DNA of 64,000 bases from an uncultured cyanobacterium (GTDB taxonomy: Bacteria; Cyanobacteriota; Cyanobacteriia; Cyanobacteriales; CAWCAG01), in the NCBI GenBank assembly GCA_963793425.1, contig CAWCAG010000005.1:704001-768000 (forward strand), written 5' to 3'. Shown one piece after another: positions 30,704-41,683 of the stretch. How positions within the stretch are numbered: the first letter of the stretch is position 1; each line of letters begins with the position of its first letter. A program made the translations under genes and the position numbers. The notes beneath the pieces are model-generated. The model was not told where the DNA came from. It did no database searches and saw nothing but the letters and a program-made list of their open reading frames with translations.

Positions 30704-31297
30704 ATGAGTATAAGTTTTACAGCCTCAGAAAATTTGCAACTAGGTGTAGTAGAAAAGTCTGTTCCTATTAAGCATTACCTGCGCCAACCTCAGCGTTTGG
30801 TTAAGGCGATCGCTAATCCTAAGTTGATGACTCAGCTTGGAAAAGAGCGTTTTGAGTTGAGAATGAATCCTTTGAACTTTATGGAAATGTATCATTTTCA
30901 GCCTGTCGTTGTTCTCAAGGTGTGGTCAAGTTCAAAGGGAACAGTTTATTTAAAGTCAGAGTCTTGTAAAATAGAAGGAAATAACTATATTAATGACCGT
31001 TTTTCCCTTGATGTGACGGGAAAATTGTCTCCTCAAGAGCAGCAAGGAAGAACTTTATTGGTGGGGCGTGCTGATTTGGAAGTTAGAGTTGATTTGCCTC
31101 CCCTACTACAGTTTACGCCGAATATAGTTTTAGAAAAGGCTGGTAACGGTTTATTAAAGAGTGTTTTGTTAAGGATTAAACAAACTATCAAAAGTCAGTT
31201 AATACAAGATTATCAACAGTGGCTTAAGGATAATAGCTCTAGTGAAAATATCTCCAAATCTTCTGATTTATCTATTGTTAAACATTCAACAATTTAA
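30704..31297 (+). CDS. DUF1997 family protein
   Basis: PIKHYLRQPQRLV and GNGLLKSVL motifs. Confidence 0.8.
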   Translation: MSISFTASENLQLGVVEKSVPIKHYLRQPQRLVKAIANPKLMTQLGKERFELRMNPLNFMEMYHFQPVVVLKVWSSSKGTVYLKSESCKIEGNNYINDRFSLDVTGKLSPQEQQGRTLLVGRADLEVRVDLPPLLQFTPNIVLEKAGNGLLKSVLLRIKQTIKSQLIQDYQQWLKDNSSSENISKSSDLSIVKHSTI

Positions 31298-31317
31298 GTT
31301 AATCAAATAAGTTTTTA

Positions 31318-32700
31318 TTAAGAAGCTACTGCAAATTGATGAGGATGATTGACTACTAAAGCAGGATTTAAAGAGCTTTGATGCTGTAGCTGTTGTAGAG
31401 GGATTTTAATAATTACTTTGGTTCCTTGTTTAGGTTGTGAATAACAAACTATTTTTCCACCATGTTTTTCTACAACAATAGAATAACTGATTGCTAAACC
31501 CATGCCAGTACCTTTACCAATCGGTTTTGTGGTAAAAAAAGGATTAAACAACTTGTTGACTAAATCTTGTTTAATTCCTATACCGTTATCGGAAATAGCA
31601 ACTTCTAACCAGTTAGAATTGATTAGTTGAGTATGTATCCTAATTTGTGGCTTTTCGGAAATATCATTATCTAAACCAAGCCTTTCTTCTATAGCATCAA
31701 TAGCATTAGCCAAAATGTTCATAAAAACCTGGTTTAATTGCCCTGGATAACACTCCACTGCTGGCAATTGGTCATAATCTCTAATCACTTCAATATTGGC
31801 ATAGCTTTGTTGAGATTTAAGACGATTTTGCAGAATCATTAAAGTATTATTGATACCTTCATGAATATCTACATTTTTAATCTCTGCTTCATCCATATGG
31901 GAAAAATTTCTTAAACTGAGGACAATTTCGCGAATTCGTTCTGCCCCCACTTGCATTGACTTGATGGTTTTAGGTAAATCTTCCACAGCAAAATCTAAAT
32001 CGAGTTCTAGCATTTTTTGGGCTAGTTTAGGGCTAGGTTGATTATGTTCCTGTTGATATAGGGTTAAAACTTCTAATAAACTTTGAGTATATTCTTGAGC
32101 GTGAACTAAATTACCAAAAATAAAATTAGTGGGATTATTAATTTCATGGGCAACACCTGCAACTAATTGTCCTAAACTAGACATTTTTTCGCTTTGAATT
32201 AAGTGAGTTTGCGCTCTTTTCAACTCTTGCAAAGTTTTATCTAATTCTGCGGTACGTTCAGAGACTCTTTTTTCTAAAACTTGGTTTTGTTCTTCGACTT
32301 TTTTGGTTAAATGATGAACTTTGAGGTGAAGCTTAACTCGCGCGAGAACTTCTTCTTGTTCAAAAGGTTTGGTGACATAATCTACTGCCCCTAAATTAAG
32401 CCCTTTAACTTTATTCTCCGTATTACAAAGAGCTGTCATAAAAATAACAGGAATATTTTCAGTTTCAGGATTGCTTTTGAGCTGGCGACAAGTTTCAAAG
32501 CCATTTATGCCTGGCATCATCACATCTAAAAGAATTAAATCTGGCAAAGCAAATTTCACCCTTTCCAGGGACATATCTCCCGATTTGGCAATCCAAACCT
32601 CAAACCCGGCTATATCTAAAAAATCTGAAAGTACGCCTAGGTTAGCAGGATTGTCATCAACAATTAAAATAACGCCTTGATGCTGTAGTTTCATACTCAT
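31318..32700 (-). CDS. Hybrid kinase: N-terminal receiver plus HisKA/HATPase
   Basis: LIVDD and LLDVMMP receiver motifs; AHEINNP H-box; PFFTTKPIGKGTGMGL. Confidence 0.92.
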   Translation of the reverse strand: MSMKLQHQGVILIVDDNPANLGVLSDFLDIAGFEVWIAKSGDMSLERVKFALPDLILLDVMMPGINGFETCRQLKSNPETENIPVIFMTALCNTENKVKGLNLGAVDYVTKPFEQEEVLARVKLHLKVHHLTKKVEEQNQVLEKRVSERTAELDKTLQELKRAQTHLIQSEKMSSLGQLVAGVAHEINNPTNFIFGNLVHAQEYTQSLLEVLTLYQQEHNQPSPKLAQKMLELDLDFAVEDLPKTIKSMQVGAERIREIVLSLRNFSHMDEAEIKNVDIHEGINNTLMILQNRLKSQQSYANIEVIRDYDQLPAVECYPGQLNQVFMNILANAIDAIEERLGLDNDISEKPQIRIHTQLINSNWLEVAISDNGIGIKQDLVNKLFNPFFTTKPIGKGTGMGLAISYSIVVEKHGGKIVCYSQPKQGTKVIIKIPLQQLQHQSSLNPALVVNHPHQFAVAS

Positions 32701-32882
32701 TATTTAGCTCCTGTAATGAAAGATAGCTTGATTGACAGGTTGAATATAATTTAAATAAATATTCATAAGATCAACTTTCTCTTATCTCTATAATTGACTA
32801 AGGATGTTTGTGTTGTTGTATAACTTTGAGAAATTATTTGTCTAACTTTTCCTAAAATCATGAACAACCTAGCTAAAGGAAA

Positions 32883-35800
32883 TTACATACTTTTATAAGG
32901 TTGGATCATTTCCAAAATCGCTTCATCTTGAAAACCTTTAGCAAGTTGTTGTAATTTTTCTGCAAAGGGAGTAAACTTCTCATCAACTTGTACCAAAGTT
33001 TTTGTTTGCTGAAGAATCCCCTTCATATTGCCCTTCATAGCTAACTGATACAAAATATCTAACTGTTCTAAATCAGGAAATACCAACTCTTCCCCTTCTT
33101 TTGCCACTGCAACTGGGACAGATTTAGCTTCTTGATAAACCCATTGCAAACCAAGATGCTTTTGTATCTTGTGGAGTAACTCACTTGCCCGCACTGGCTT
33201 CGGCAGAAAATCATCTCCCCCCGCTTCATAACTCTTATATTGGTCAGATTCAAACACACTCGCTGAAGAAGCAATAATCTTCACCTCTTTTAAAAGCTCT
33301 TGTTGACGCAACTGTCTCATTAACTCAAACCCATCTAGATTAGGCATCAATAGGTCAGTAATAATTAACTCTGGTTTTAACTCCAAAGCTTTTTCTAAGG
33401 CTTGTTGACCATCAATTGCCTCACTCACTTCAAAACCAATTGGTTGTAATAAACTCCTTATCACTGAACGATTCTCCCACTTATCATCTACTACTAACAC
33501 CTTCACAGATTGAGAAGAGATACCAATAATTTGTCCTTTAGCATCAGCTTGAGAAGCCTGCACCCACTCCGAAGCTGAAGGTAAGTTCAGATCAAAGTGG
33601 AAGATACTACCTACTCCTTCTTCACTCTGCACTTCTAGAGTTGAACCCATCATCTCTACTATCTTTTGGGAGATGGCTAATCCTAATCCTGTACCTTCTG
33701 TTTGTCGTTTTCCTTCTCCTACTTGTTCAAAAGGTAGGAAGATTTGCTCTAAATGTTCTGTACTCATGCCGATACCTGTATCTCTTATCTCAAAGCGAAT
33801 CTTGTCTACTGAAGCAAAACTAACTTGGAAGGTTACTCTACCTGTATCAGTGAATTTAATGGCGTTATTCAACAGATTGAGTAAAACTTGGCGTAGACGC
33901 TTTTCATCAACACAAACAGCTACAGGAAGTTCTAGGGTAGATTGGTAAAGGAAATCAATACCTTTAATTTCAGCACGAATACGACACATTTCTGCGACAC
34001 CTTGTAGGAAAGCTAGGAAATGGAAGTCACTGGGGTTAAGTTCCATTTTCTGAGCTTCAATTTTAGATAAGTCGAGGATATCATTAATTAAGGTGAGGAG
34101 ATGAGAGCCGCAGTTGTAGATGATTTCGATGCGGGATTGGTCGTCAGTAGTGAGATGAGTAGAGCGTTGTAGCACTTGGGCATAACCCATGATACCGTTG
34201 AGAGGAGTACGGAGTTCATGGCTCATGTTGGCGAGGAATTCACTTTTGGCGTAGTTAGCGGCTTCTGCTTTTTCTTTAGCTTTTTGCAGGGCTATTTCTG
34301 TACGCTTGAGGTTCGTTATGTCTGTAGCAACACACAATACCTGGTAAGTTTTGTCATCCCCAGATAGCAAAGGCTTTTTGGTACTCTGGTAATATAAGAC
34401 TTCTCCATTAGGCAAAGTTACTGTTTCTTCTAGTAGGAGTGTTTCTCTAGAGACAATCACCTTGCGGTCGGCTTCTTGATACTTTTCTACTTCAGCTAAG
34501 TTAGGATTATAAGCTAGTTCAGTTTTGCCAATTAATTCCTCAACAGTAGTTTGATATATATTTGCTAGAGCTTGGTTAGCCAATATAAATTTGCCCTCTT
34601 TGTCTTTGACAAAAATGACATTGGGGTCAGTATCAATAACGCTGCGTAAAAACTTCTTTTGCTCTCTCAATGCAGTTTCTACTTTTTTAATAGGAGTAAT
34701 GTTGGTAGAGACACCTAATACCTGGCGAGTTCTACCGTTACGGGAAATCAAAGGTTTCTTGATAGTTTGTAAATAAATTAACTCTCCAGTAACCTTAGTA
34801 AGAGTTTCTTCAAAAAGTTGCGATTCTCCAGAGGTCATTACCTGGCAATCTGCCCATAAGTAACTTTCTACTTCCAGGGTATTGGGGTTAAAATCAGCAT
34901 CACTTTTACCAACCATTTCTTCAGTAGTAGTTTGATAAAGTTCTGCTAAAGTTTGATTGGCAAGAATGTATTTACCTTCCCAATCCTTAACAAAAATAAG
35001 ATTGGGGTCTGTATCAATAATCTTACTTAAAAACTCCTTTTGCTCCCTTAAAGCAGCTTCTGAATGTCGCAAGGCTTCCTCTGCTTGCTTACGTTCAGTT
35101 ATATCTTCAGAAAAACAGAGCAAGTATTCTGGTTCACCATTTTCGTCATAGGTAGGTATCTTAACTGTATGAAGAATCCTTTCACCTAATCTGCGACTAT
35201 GGGTAATTTCTTCGGGAATATCTATAATTTTGCGGTTCTTAAAAGCTTCTTTGTCAGTTTGAAAAAAGAAGTCAGCTTTTTCTTGAGAAAAAAGCTCATG
35301 GGCAGTTTTTCCTAGTACTTCCTCTGCTGCTAAATCAAAAAGTAATTCGCTGGTTTTATTCCAAAGTTTAATTTGAGAAAACTTCTCTTGATGTCCATCT
35401 TTGACAAATACAGCTACTGGTAAATAATCAATCATTGCTTGGAGAAAATTACGAGCTTGACGCAACTCTTCTTCTGCTTTTTTGCGCTCTGTAATATCGC
35501 GGGTAATGCTTCCCCAAGCTATAGCTTCTCCTGTATCTGAATCTTTAAGAGCAAAGATGCTGTAATCTACAGGAATTACTTCCCCTGTTTGGAAATGTCG
35601 GAAGCGCAACTCTCCTCGCCAGCAACCTTTTTCCTGTGCAGTCGGTAAAATCTCTTGAGTTACTCGGTCTACATCTTCAGGCCAAACATAGTCTAAGATG
35701 TGATTAGAGCGAGCTTCTGCTAAGCTATTTAAGCCAACCATTTTTAAAGCTGCAGGATTAGCAAATAAAGCTTTTCCTTCTTGATCAGCGATTCCTACAA

Positions 35801-37331
35801 AATCAGAAGTATTTTCTACAATAGAGGCTAATCTCCGAAGCTGTTGTTCTGCTAGTTTGCTTTCGGTGATGTCGTTGGTTGTACCTGTAACTCCGATAAT
35901 CTTGCCCTGAGCATCTCGAATTGGTGCAGCGTTGATTAATAGATAAATCCTATTACCATCTGCCGTTAAACTGCTAATTTCATATTGACTATAAGATTTT
36001 CCTTGCCAAACATTAGCAAAAACTTCTTGATATTCTGCTTGTTTTTCTTTTGGGGTAAAATCTTTAAAAGAGCGACCAATTAATGTTTGGGGTTTACAGC
36101 CTAGGGCTTTTTCAGCAGCTTGATTTACGAAGGTATAGCGCCCTTGGGTATCAAAAGACCAAATCAAGTTTTGGGATGTTTCTACCACATTGCGATAATT
36201 TCGTTCGCTTTCTTGGAGTTGTTTTTCTACTAGCTTCTCTTTAACTTTAGTTTTAGCTAACCAAGCACAACCTATAGCTATTAAAACTACTGCTCCTCCA
36301 TAAAATCCTACTAGCCAAACCAAGATTATCGTTGATTTCTGATTAAGGACTTCCGAAGGAACATAGGTGACAATCTTCCAGCTATGATCAGTTTCGGGTG
36401 AACTAATATTAATTCTCTGTTTTTGCTGCTGGGGTTGAATAGTGGTGACAGTAAATAATCCTTCTTTTGTTTGGAACTGTCCTTCTTTTACCCCAGCTAT
36501 TTGCGCCCAAGCTTGAGGGAAAGTTTGTTTAAAAGTACGCCTTTGACGCTCAGGATAAATAAAACCCCATTCATCTTCAGCTTTTAATCCTTTGAGCCAA
36601 TAACCTTGATTATTGATTAAAAGTACTTTACCTAAAGAAGTATTGTTTTTAACTGCTAAATCATCAATAATTCTTTGCCCTGAATAGTTAAGAATAACTA
36701 AACCTTGTTTACGACCAGAATCATCAAACACAGGGGTAGCGAAGCGAACTACAGGCTTTATAGGTTCCTCGACTTGCCCCCATTCCATATTCAAATCAAG
36801 CTTAGATACATAAACTTCTCTTGGCTTTAATTCTTTACTTTCTTGAAACCAATAGCTTCCTATTTTATTTTGCAGTTGTTTTTGAGGTACTCTAACTGCT
36901 TTACCTCTTTTTTGATTATATTCAACTCTAAAAACTTCTTGACCTGTATTATCAAGAAGACGAACTTGGTGATAAGTTTTTTTTGCTTCAGCGAAAGAAA
37001 TGTACTCTTGAGCAAATGCAACAGAAATTTTTTCTATTTCTTGCGGTGAGAGATTATCTCTGTCTAAAATTAAACTTAATTCTTTATGGTCTACTAAATG
37101 TAATAAATCTGAGGTAATGACTTCAAAATTACCAGCAGCGATTTTTCCTTGCTGCTCCACATTACGTAATTCGTTAAGCTCAATTTCTTTTCTGTCTAAT
37201 TTAACTTCTCCTTGGTAAAATAAAATCAAGAAACCTCCAACAACAAAAGTTAGAGGTACAAACAGAAGTAAAAAATATCTTAGTACGGCTATTTTGCTGA
37301 TTTTAAGTGCTTGAGAAGAAGGTTGAAACAT
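32883..37331 (-). CDS. Membrane hybrid sensor histidine kinase (TM-Cache-TM, five PAS, HisKA, HATPase, REC)
   Basis: Two TM segments, five PAS/PAC units ending D/N-IT, SHELRTPL H-box, GTGLGL, LVVDD receiver. Confidence 0.92.
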   Translation of the reverse strand: MFQPSSQALKISKIAVLRYFLLLFVPLTFVVGGFLILFYQGEVKLDRKEIELNELRNVEQQGKIAAGNFEVITSDLLHLVDHKELSLILDRDNLSPQEIEKISVAFAQEYISFAEAKKTYHQVRLLDNTGQEVFRVEYNQKRGKAVRVPQKQLQNKIGSYWFQESKELKPREVYVSKLDLNMEWGQVEEPIKPVVRFATPVFDDSGRKQGLVILNYSGQRIIDDLAVKNNTSLGKVLLINNQGYWLKGLKAEDEWGFIYPERQRRTFKQTFPQAWAQIAGVKEGQFQTKEGLFTVTTIQPQQQKQRINISSPETDHSWKIVTYVPSEVLNQKSTIILVWLVGFYGGAVVLIAIGCAWLAKTKVKEKLVEKQLQESERNYRNVVETSQNLIWSFDTQGRYTFVNQAAEKALGCKPQTLIGRSFKDFTPKEKQAEYQEVFANVWQGKSYSQYEISSLTADGNRIYLLINAAPIRDAQGKIIGVTGTTNDITESKLAEQQLRRLASIVENTSDFVGIADQEGKALFANPAALKMVGLNSLAEARSNHILDYVWPEDVDRVTQEILPTAQEKGCWRGELRFRHFQTGEVIPVDYSIFALKDSDTGEAIAWGSITRDITERKKAEEELRQARNFLQAMIDYLPVAVFVKDGHQEKFSQIKLWNKTSELLFDLAAEEVLGKTAHELFSQEKADFFFQTDKEAFKNRKIIDIPEEITHSRRLGERILHTVKIPTYDENGEPEYLLCFSEDITERKQAEEALRHSEAALREQKEFLSKIIDTDPNLIFVKDWEGKYILANQTLAELYQTTTEEMVGKSDADFNPNTLEVESYLWADCQVMTSGESQLFEETLTKVTGELIYLQTIKKPLISRNGRTRQVLGVSTNITPIKKVETALREQKKFLRSVIDTDPNVIFVKDKEGKFILANQALANIYQTTVEELIGKTELAYNPNLAEVEKYQEADRKVIVSRETLLLEETVTLPNGEVLYYQSTKKPLLSGDDKTYQVLCVATDITNLKRTEIALQKAKEKAEAANYAKSEFLANMSHELRTPLNGIMGYAQVLQRSTHLTTDDQSRIEIIYNCGSHLLTLINDILDLSKIEAQKMELNPSDFHFLAFLQGVAEMCRIRAEIKGIDFLYQSTLELPVAVCVDEKRLRQVLLNLLNNAIKFTDTGRVTFQVSFASVDKIRFEIRDTGIGMSTEHLEQIFLPFEQVGEGKRQTEGTGLGLAISQKIVEMMGSTLEVQSEEGVGSIFHFDLNLPSASEWVQASQADAKGQIIGISSQSVKVLVVDDKWENRSVIRSLLQPIGFEVSEAIDGQQALEKALELKPELIITDLLMPNLDGFELMRQLRQQELLKEVKIIASSASVFESDQYKSYEAGGDDFLPKPVRASELLHKIQKHLGLQWVYQEAKSVPVAVAKEGEELVFPDLEQLDILYQLAMKGNMKGILQQTKTLVQVDEKFTPFAEKLQQLAKGFQDEAILEMIQPYKSM

Positions 37332-37404
37332 GAAGCAGTCAACTGAGGAAGTTTGTCACTACTCTTGCTATGCTCACTTACGAATATTTGCGTTCGTGTA
37401 TATT

Positions 37405-38010
37405 TTAGTGTTTGTTTTTATCTTTTATCTTCGCAATTTGACAAGGGCGGAAAGATTGCCGATGTTCAACAGAAAGACCGTATTTTTGCAAGGCTAAGCG
37501 ATGCTGCTTGGTAGGATATCCTTTATGGTTTTCTAAGCTATATTCTGGATATTGTTGAGCAAGGTCGATAATTAAGCGATCGCGCCATACTTTAGCCAAA
37601 ATACTAGCAGCAGCAATAGCGATAGAATGGCGATCGCCTTTGATGATAGTTTTCTGTGGTAGTTCTAAGCCAGGAATTTTATATCTGCCATCAATTAAAC
37701 AAAGTTCTGGGGTTATTTTGAGCTGCTCTACCGCTCTTTTCATGGCTAGTAAAGAGGCTTGGAGAATATTGATGCTATCAATTTCTTGAGCTGTAGCAGA
37801 GCCGATTTGATAATCTAGAGCTAATTTTTGAATTTCAACAACTAACTCAGAACGTTTTTTAGCTGATAGCTGCTTGCTATCTTTAACTCCTAATGCTGCT
37901 AACTCCACCAGTATAGGAGGAGAAGTGACCACAACTGCGGCCACTACAGGGCCAAACAAGGCCCCTCTTCCTACTTCGTCTACACCTGCGACTAATTGAT
38001 GAGCAGACAT
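37405..38010 (-). CDS. rnhB: Ribonuclease HII
   Basis: GVDEVGRG, DSK, AAASILAK and HKGY motifs; ATG at 38010 preferred. Confidence 0.95.
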   Translation of the reverse strand: MSAHQLVAGVDEVGRGALFGPVVAAVVVTSPPILVELAALGVKDSKQLSAKKRSELVVEIQKLALDYQIGSATAQEIDSINILQASLLAMKRAVEQLKITPELCLIDGRYKIPGLELPQKTIIKGDRHSIAIAAASILAKVWRDRLIIDLAQQYPEYSLENHKGYPTKQHRLALQKYGLSVEHRQSFRPCQIAKIKDKNKH

Positions 38011-38026
38011 AATACAGTTAGATGAT

Positions 38027-39991
38027 CTACTCAGAGGAATTACTAACAACCGCAGAAGAACGACGACGACGACGACGGATTACTGGGCGATCATTATTTT
38101 CTACTTCTGGTTCTACTTTTGGTTCTTCTTTAACATCATTATCTTCACCATTACTCTGATTGCCCTCTACTATTGTCTCCTCTTCTGAAGCATCTGTTGT
38201 TACTACCCTTTCTTCTTCCGAATCATTTGATTCATCTGTCTCTTGTTCTACTTCCCCTGGAAGCTTAACAGAGACAATCAAAGACTTAGAATCTTTGCCA
38301 TCACGATCTACACGAACTTTAGGAGAAATACCCATCAAAGCATACATATTCTGCTCTAGTTCGCTCATCTCTACCAAAACTTCCTCTGGCGGTTCCTCAT
38401 CTCGCCGGGAAATTCGATTGATTTGTGGTCTTTCGATTCGCTCTGGGCTACTATCGTAACCTGTTTCTAAATCCGCTTTAGGGTCTTTTAAAGAGATGGT
38501 ACGTTTAACTTTAGGAGAGGCTTCCTCTTTACCTAAAGCATCGTTGAGACGGCGACTGCTGCGACGACGACGGCGATTGTTGTTAGAGGTATTTTGCTCT
38601 TGATAACTAGGATGATTAAGCAGATCAATATCTTGCTCTTCTTCTTCGTTAGCTAAATCAAGAAGTACTTCTATTTCTTCTGAGCGATTCTCTACTGGCT
38701 TGATAGTATTATTAACAATTACCGGAGGAGTCACATCAGGAATTTGCTGCTGGGTTTCTCCAGGAAGCTTAACTAAATGTCCCATACCGCTACAGGTAGG
38801 ACAAGTTTCACCAAACAATTCGTAAATATTTTTGCCTTGGCGTTTGCGGGTTAATTCTACTAAACCTAGTTCTGAAAGTTGGGCAATTTGAGGTCGAGCT
38901 TTATCTGCTTTTAAGGTGTTATTAAAATGTTCTAGCAGTTTAAGCTGATCACGGCGAGAGTCCATATCAATAAAGTCTATGATAATGACCCCGCCAATGT
39001 TTCTGAGGCGTAGTTGGTGGGCAATTTCTGTGGCTGCTTCGCAGTTAGTCCAAAGGACTGTTTCCCTGGAAGTAGCAGAACGAGTAAAGGAACCGGAGTT
39101 AACATCTATTACCGTGAGGGCTTCTGTTGGTTCGATGATGACGTAACCGCCAGAAGGTAAGTCTACCCTTGGTTTTAAAGCTTCCCTAATAGCAGCATTA
39201 ACCCGGAAGTATTCCAGAACAGGTAAACGTTCGCGATGATGATCAATTAACACACCTTCGGGGGCCTTGCCACCACTCCAGTTCATCAATTGTTGCTTAA
39301 CTCGTTTTAAACCAGTATGAGAATCAACGACGATGCGGTTAACGTCGGCTGTATAAATATCCCGCAAAACCCTTTGAATAAAGTCATCATCACGGTTTAA
39401 GAGGGTAGGAGGGCGGGTAGAATTGGCTTGTTGTTGAGTAGCTTCCCACTGAGTTTGGAGAGACTCCAAATCTTCCATGATGGTTTCTTCATCATTGCCT
39501 TCGGCTTCGGTTCTCACCAATAAGCCCATACCAGCAGGTTTAATTAAGACTGCTAATGCCCTTAAGCGGCTACGTTCCCCTTCATTTTTGATTCTTCTCG
39601 ATAAGTTCACCCCCTTTCCATAAGGCATCAAAACGAGATAGCGACCAGGTAAGGAGATATTTCCTGTTAAGCGCGGGCCTTTGTTTCCCGTTGGCTCTTT
39701 CATTACCTGTACTAGCACTTTTTGCTGGGGTGCAAGTAAGTCAGTTATTGTACCAGCACTCCTTCTCAAGCGTAATGGACCTAAATCCGTAACATGAATG
39801 AAGCCATTACGTTCGGCATCACCAATGTTAATAAATGCGGCATCTATCCCTTGGATGACATTTTCAACAATACCTAGATAAATATCACTAACTTGTTGTT
39901 TGCCCGTAGCAACCACAAGCTCTTGAATTTGATCCTCCCAAAAAACTGCAGCAACTTGATGTTGCTCAGCGATAATTATTTGCTTTGGCAT
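38027..39991 (-). CDS. rne: Ribonuclease E
   Basis: VMKEPTGNKGPRL, IDVNSG and IIDFIDM motifs; disordered C-terminus with Arg runs. Confidence 0.96.
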   Translation of the reverse strand: MPKQIIIAEQHQVAAVFWEDQIQELVVATGKQQVSDIYLGIVENVIQGIDAAFINIGDAERNGFIHVTDLGPLRLRRSAGTITDLLAPQQKVLVQVMKEPTGNKGPRLTGNISLPGRYLVLMPYGKGVNLSRRIKNEGERSRLRALAVLIKPAGMGLLVRTEAEGNDEETIMEDLESLQTQWEATQQQANSTRPPTLLNRDDDFIQRVLRDIYTADVNRIVVDSHTGLKRVKQQLMNWSGGKAPEGVLIDHHRERLPVLEYFRVNAAIREALKPRVDLPSGGYVIIEPTEALTVIDVNSGSFTRSATSRETVLWTNCEAATEIAHQLRLRNIGGVIIIDFIDMDSRRDQLKLLEHFNNTLKADKARPQIAQLSELGLVELTRKRQGKNIYELFGETCPTCSGMGHLVKLPGETQQQIPDVTPPVIVNNTIKPVENRSEEIEVLLDLANEEEEQDIDLLNHPSYQEQNTSNNNRRRRRSSRRLNDALGKEEASPKVKRTISLKDPKADLETGYDSSPERIERPQINRISRRDEEPPEEVLVEMSELEQNMYALMGISPKVRVDRDGKDSKSLIVSVKLPGEVEQETDESNDSEEERVVTTDASEEETIVEGNQSNGEDNDVKEEPKVEPEVENNDRPVIRRRRRRSSAVVSNSSE

Positions 39992-40390
39992 TCAATTTCC
40001 TCAAAACTTTTCGCAGGTTGAAAACACCTAATGCACTGCGTCATTCAACTCGATTATTTAAAAAACTGTGCGAACAAATGGAGCTAGTTTCTCTCTAGAG
40101 ATTGAAACGGAAAAATCCCTATAGTTACCGAAAGGAGACTTACTGCAATTGGCTGTTTAGCTGATTCAGGTTTATTGAGCGGCTTTGGTTAGCTGCTTTG
40201 GGGAACCAGCTTAGTAAGCGGTAGCCAGTAAGTTTGGACATACAACTTAGCATTGAGCATCAACGTACCTAGATACAGAAAGCTGATGGGCTTTGACTAT
40301 CTGCTATTGGTTATGATGCCAATACTTTATGCCTTAACGGCAAGTTAACGGAAATTTAATCCGTAATTGTTCCTCAACGGCTATTATACA
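39992..40390 (-). promoter_or_regulatory. Putative long structured 5' leader and -10 box of rne
   Basis: TATAAT on the minus strand at 40383-40388; ~385 nt non-coding leader with a hairpin at 40087-40108 and a U-rich tract. Confidence 0.5.
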
Positions 40391-40469
40391 TTAGTTATGC
40401 CGCTTTGGGCCAACCAAAAGTCGAAAGTTAAAAGGTAAGATACTACTTCTTCTTCAGCTCTGGCCTTAA

Positions 40470-41627
40470 TTATGACATCGATTGGCGTAATGACTTAATT
40501 GTGGCGATCGCTTGTTGGGCTACTCTCTCAATTTCTTCTGGGGTTGTGAAGCGGCTAATACCAAACCTTAAGGAGGCGTAGGCTAAGGCTTCTGAGCGTC
40601 CTAGAGCCGTCAAAACGTGGGAAGGGGCGGTGGAGACCGAAGAACAAGCCGAACCGGAAGAGACGGCGACAATGGGTTGTAAACCCAGCAATAAAGCCGA
40701 ACCATCTACTCCTTCAATACTAAGATTAAGGCTACCAGCCAGACGTTGTGTAGGATGTCCGTTGAGGTGAACTCCTGGTAACTGTTGCAGTTGAAATCGC
40801 AGTTTTTCTCGCAATTTTTCCAGGCGCTTGGTTTCTGATTCTTGTTGGGCTAAACCTATTTCTATGGCTTTACCAAAACCGACAATTTGAGGAGTATAAA
40901 GAGTCCCGGAACGCATTCCCCTTTCTTGTCCTCCTCCTTGAATTTGAGAAGCTATTTTCACCCTGGGGTTACGCCTACGAACATAAAGTGCGCCAACACC
41001 TTTGGGGCCATAGACTTTATGGGCTGTTAGGGACATAATATCTATGTTCATTGCTGCCACATCTAAAGGGATTTTAGCGATCGCTTGGGCTGCGTCGGTA
41101 TGAAATAAAACTTGGTGTTGGTGACAAATTGTACCAATTGCTTCTAAGGGTTGGATTACACCAATTTCGTTATTAGCTGCCATGATGGAAACTAAAATTG
41201 TCTCAGGACGAAGATTTTTTTCTAATTGAGTTAAGTTAATTAAGCCATCTTCTTGGACAGGGAGATAAGTGATTTCAAACCCTAGGTTTTCTAAATATTG
41301 ACAAGGATCTAAGACAGCGCGATGTTCAGTTTGGAGAGTAATAATGTGCCTGCCTTGGTTAAAATAAGCTTCAGCCACCCCTTTAATTGCTAAATTATTA
41401 GCTTCGGTAGCCCCGCTGGTAAAGACTATTTCTTCTGGGCTACAATTTATAGCTAAAGCAATAGTTTCTCTTGCTTTTTTAACTGCTGCTTCTGCTTCCC
41501 AGCCATAGCTATGGGTAATGCTAGAAGGGTTGCCAAAATGCTCAGTAAAATAAGGTAGCATTGCTGCTAAAACTCTTTTATCCACCGGAGTTGTAGCATG
41601 GCAATCTAAGTAAATTGGACGTTCCAT
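40470..41627 (-). CDS. iscS: Cysteine desulfurase (IscS/NifS type)
   Basis: YLDCHATTP, TSGATEANN, HKVYGPKG and SSGSAC motifs. Confidence 0.9.
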   Translation of the reverse strand: MERPIYLDCHATTPVDKRVLAAMLPYFTEHFGNPSSITHSYGWEAEAAVKKARETIALAINCSPEEIVFTSGATEANNLAIKGVAEAYFNQGRHIITLQTEHRAVLDPCQYLENLGFEITYLPVQEDGLINLTQLEKNLRPETILVSIMAANNEIGVIQPLEAIGTICHQHQVLFHTDAAQAIAKIPLDVAAMNIDIMSLTAHKVYGPKGVGALYVRRRNPRVKIASQIQGGGQERGMRSGTLYTPQIVGFGKAIEIGLAQQESETKRLEKLREKLRFQLQQLPGVHLNGHPTQRLAGSLNLSIEGVDGSALLLGLQPIVAVSSGSACSSVSTAPSHVLTALGRSEALAYASLRFGISRFTTPEEIERVAQQAIATIKSLRQSMS

Positions 41628-41683
41628 AAAATTCAGACCAAATCCGATTACTAAAGTACGGACTTTATATTAATTTTGAATGA

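Noticed and set aside
40087..40108. GTTTC...ATTGAAAC resembles a CRISPR repeat end
   Set aside because: Single 22-nt copy with no spacers or cas genes; better explained as a hairpin in the rne leader.
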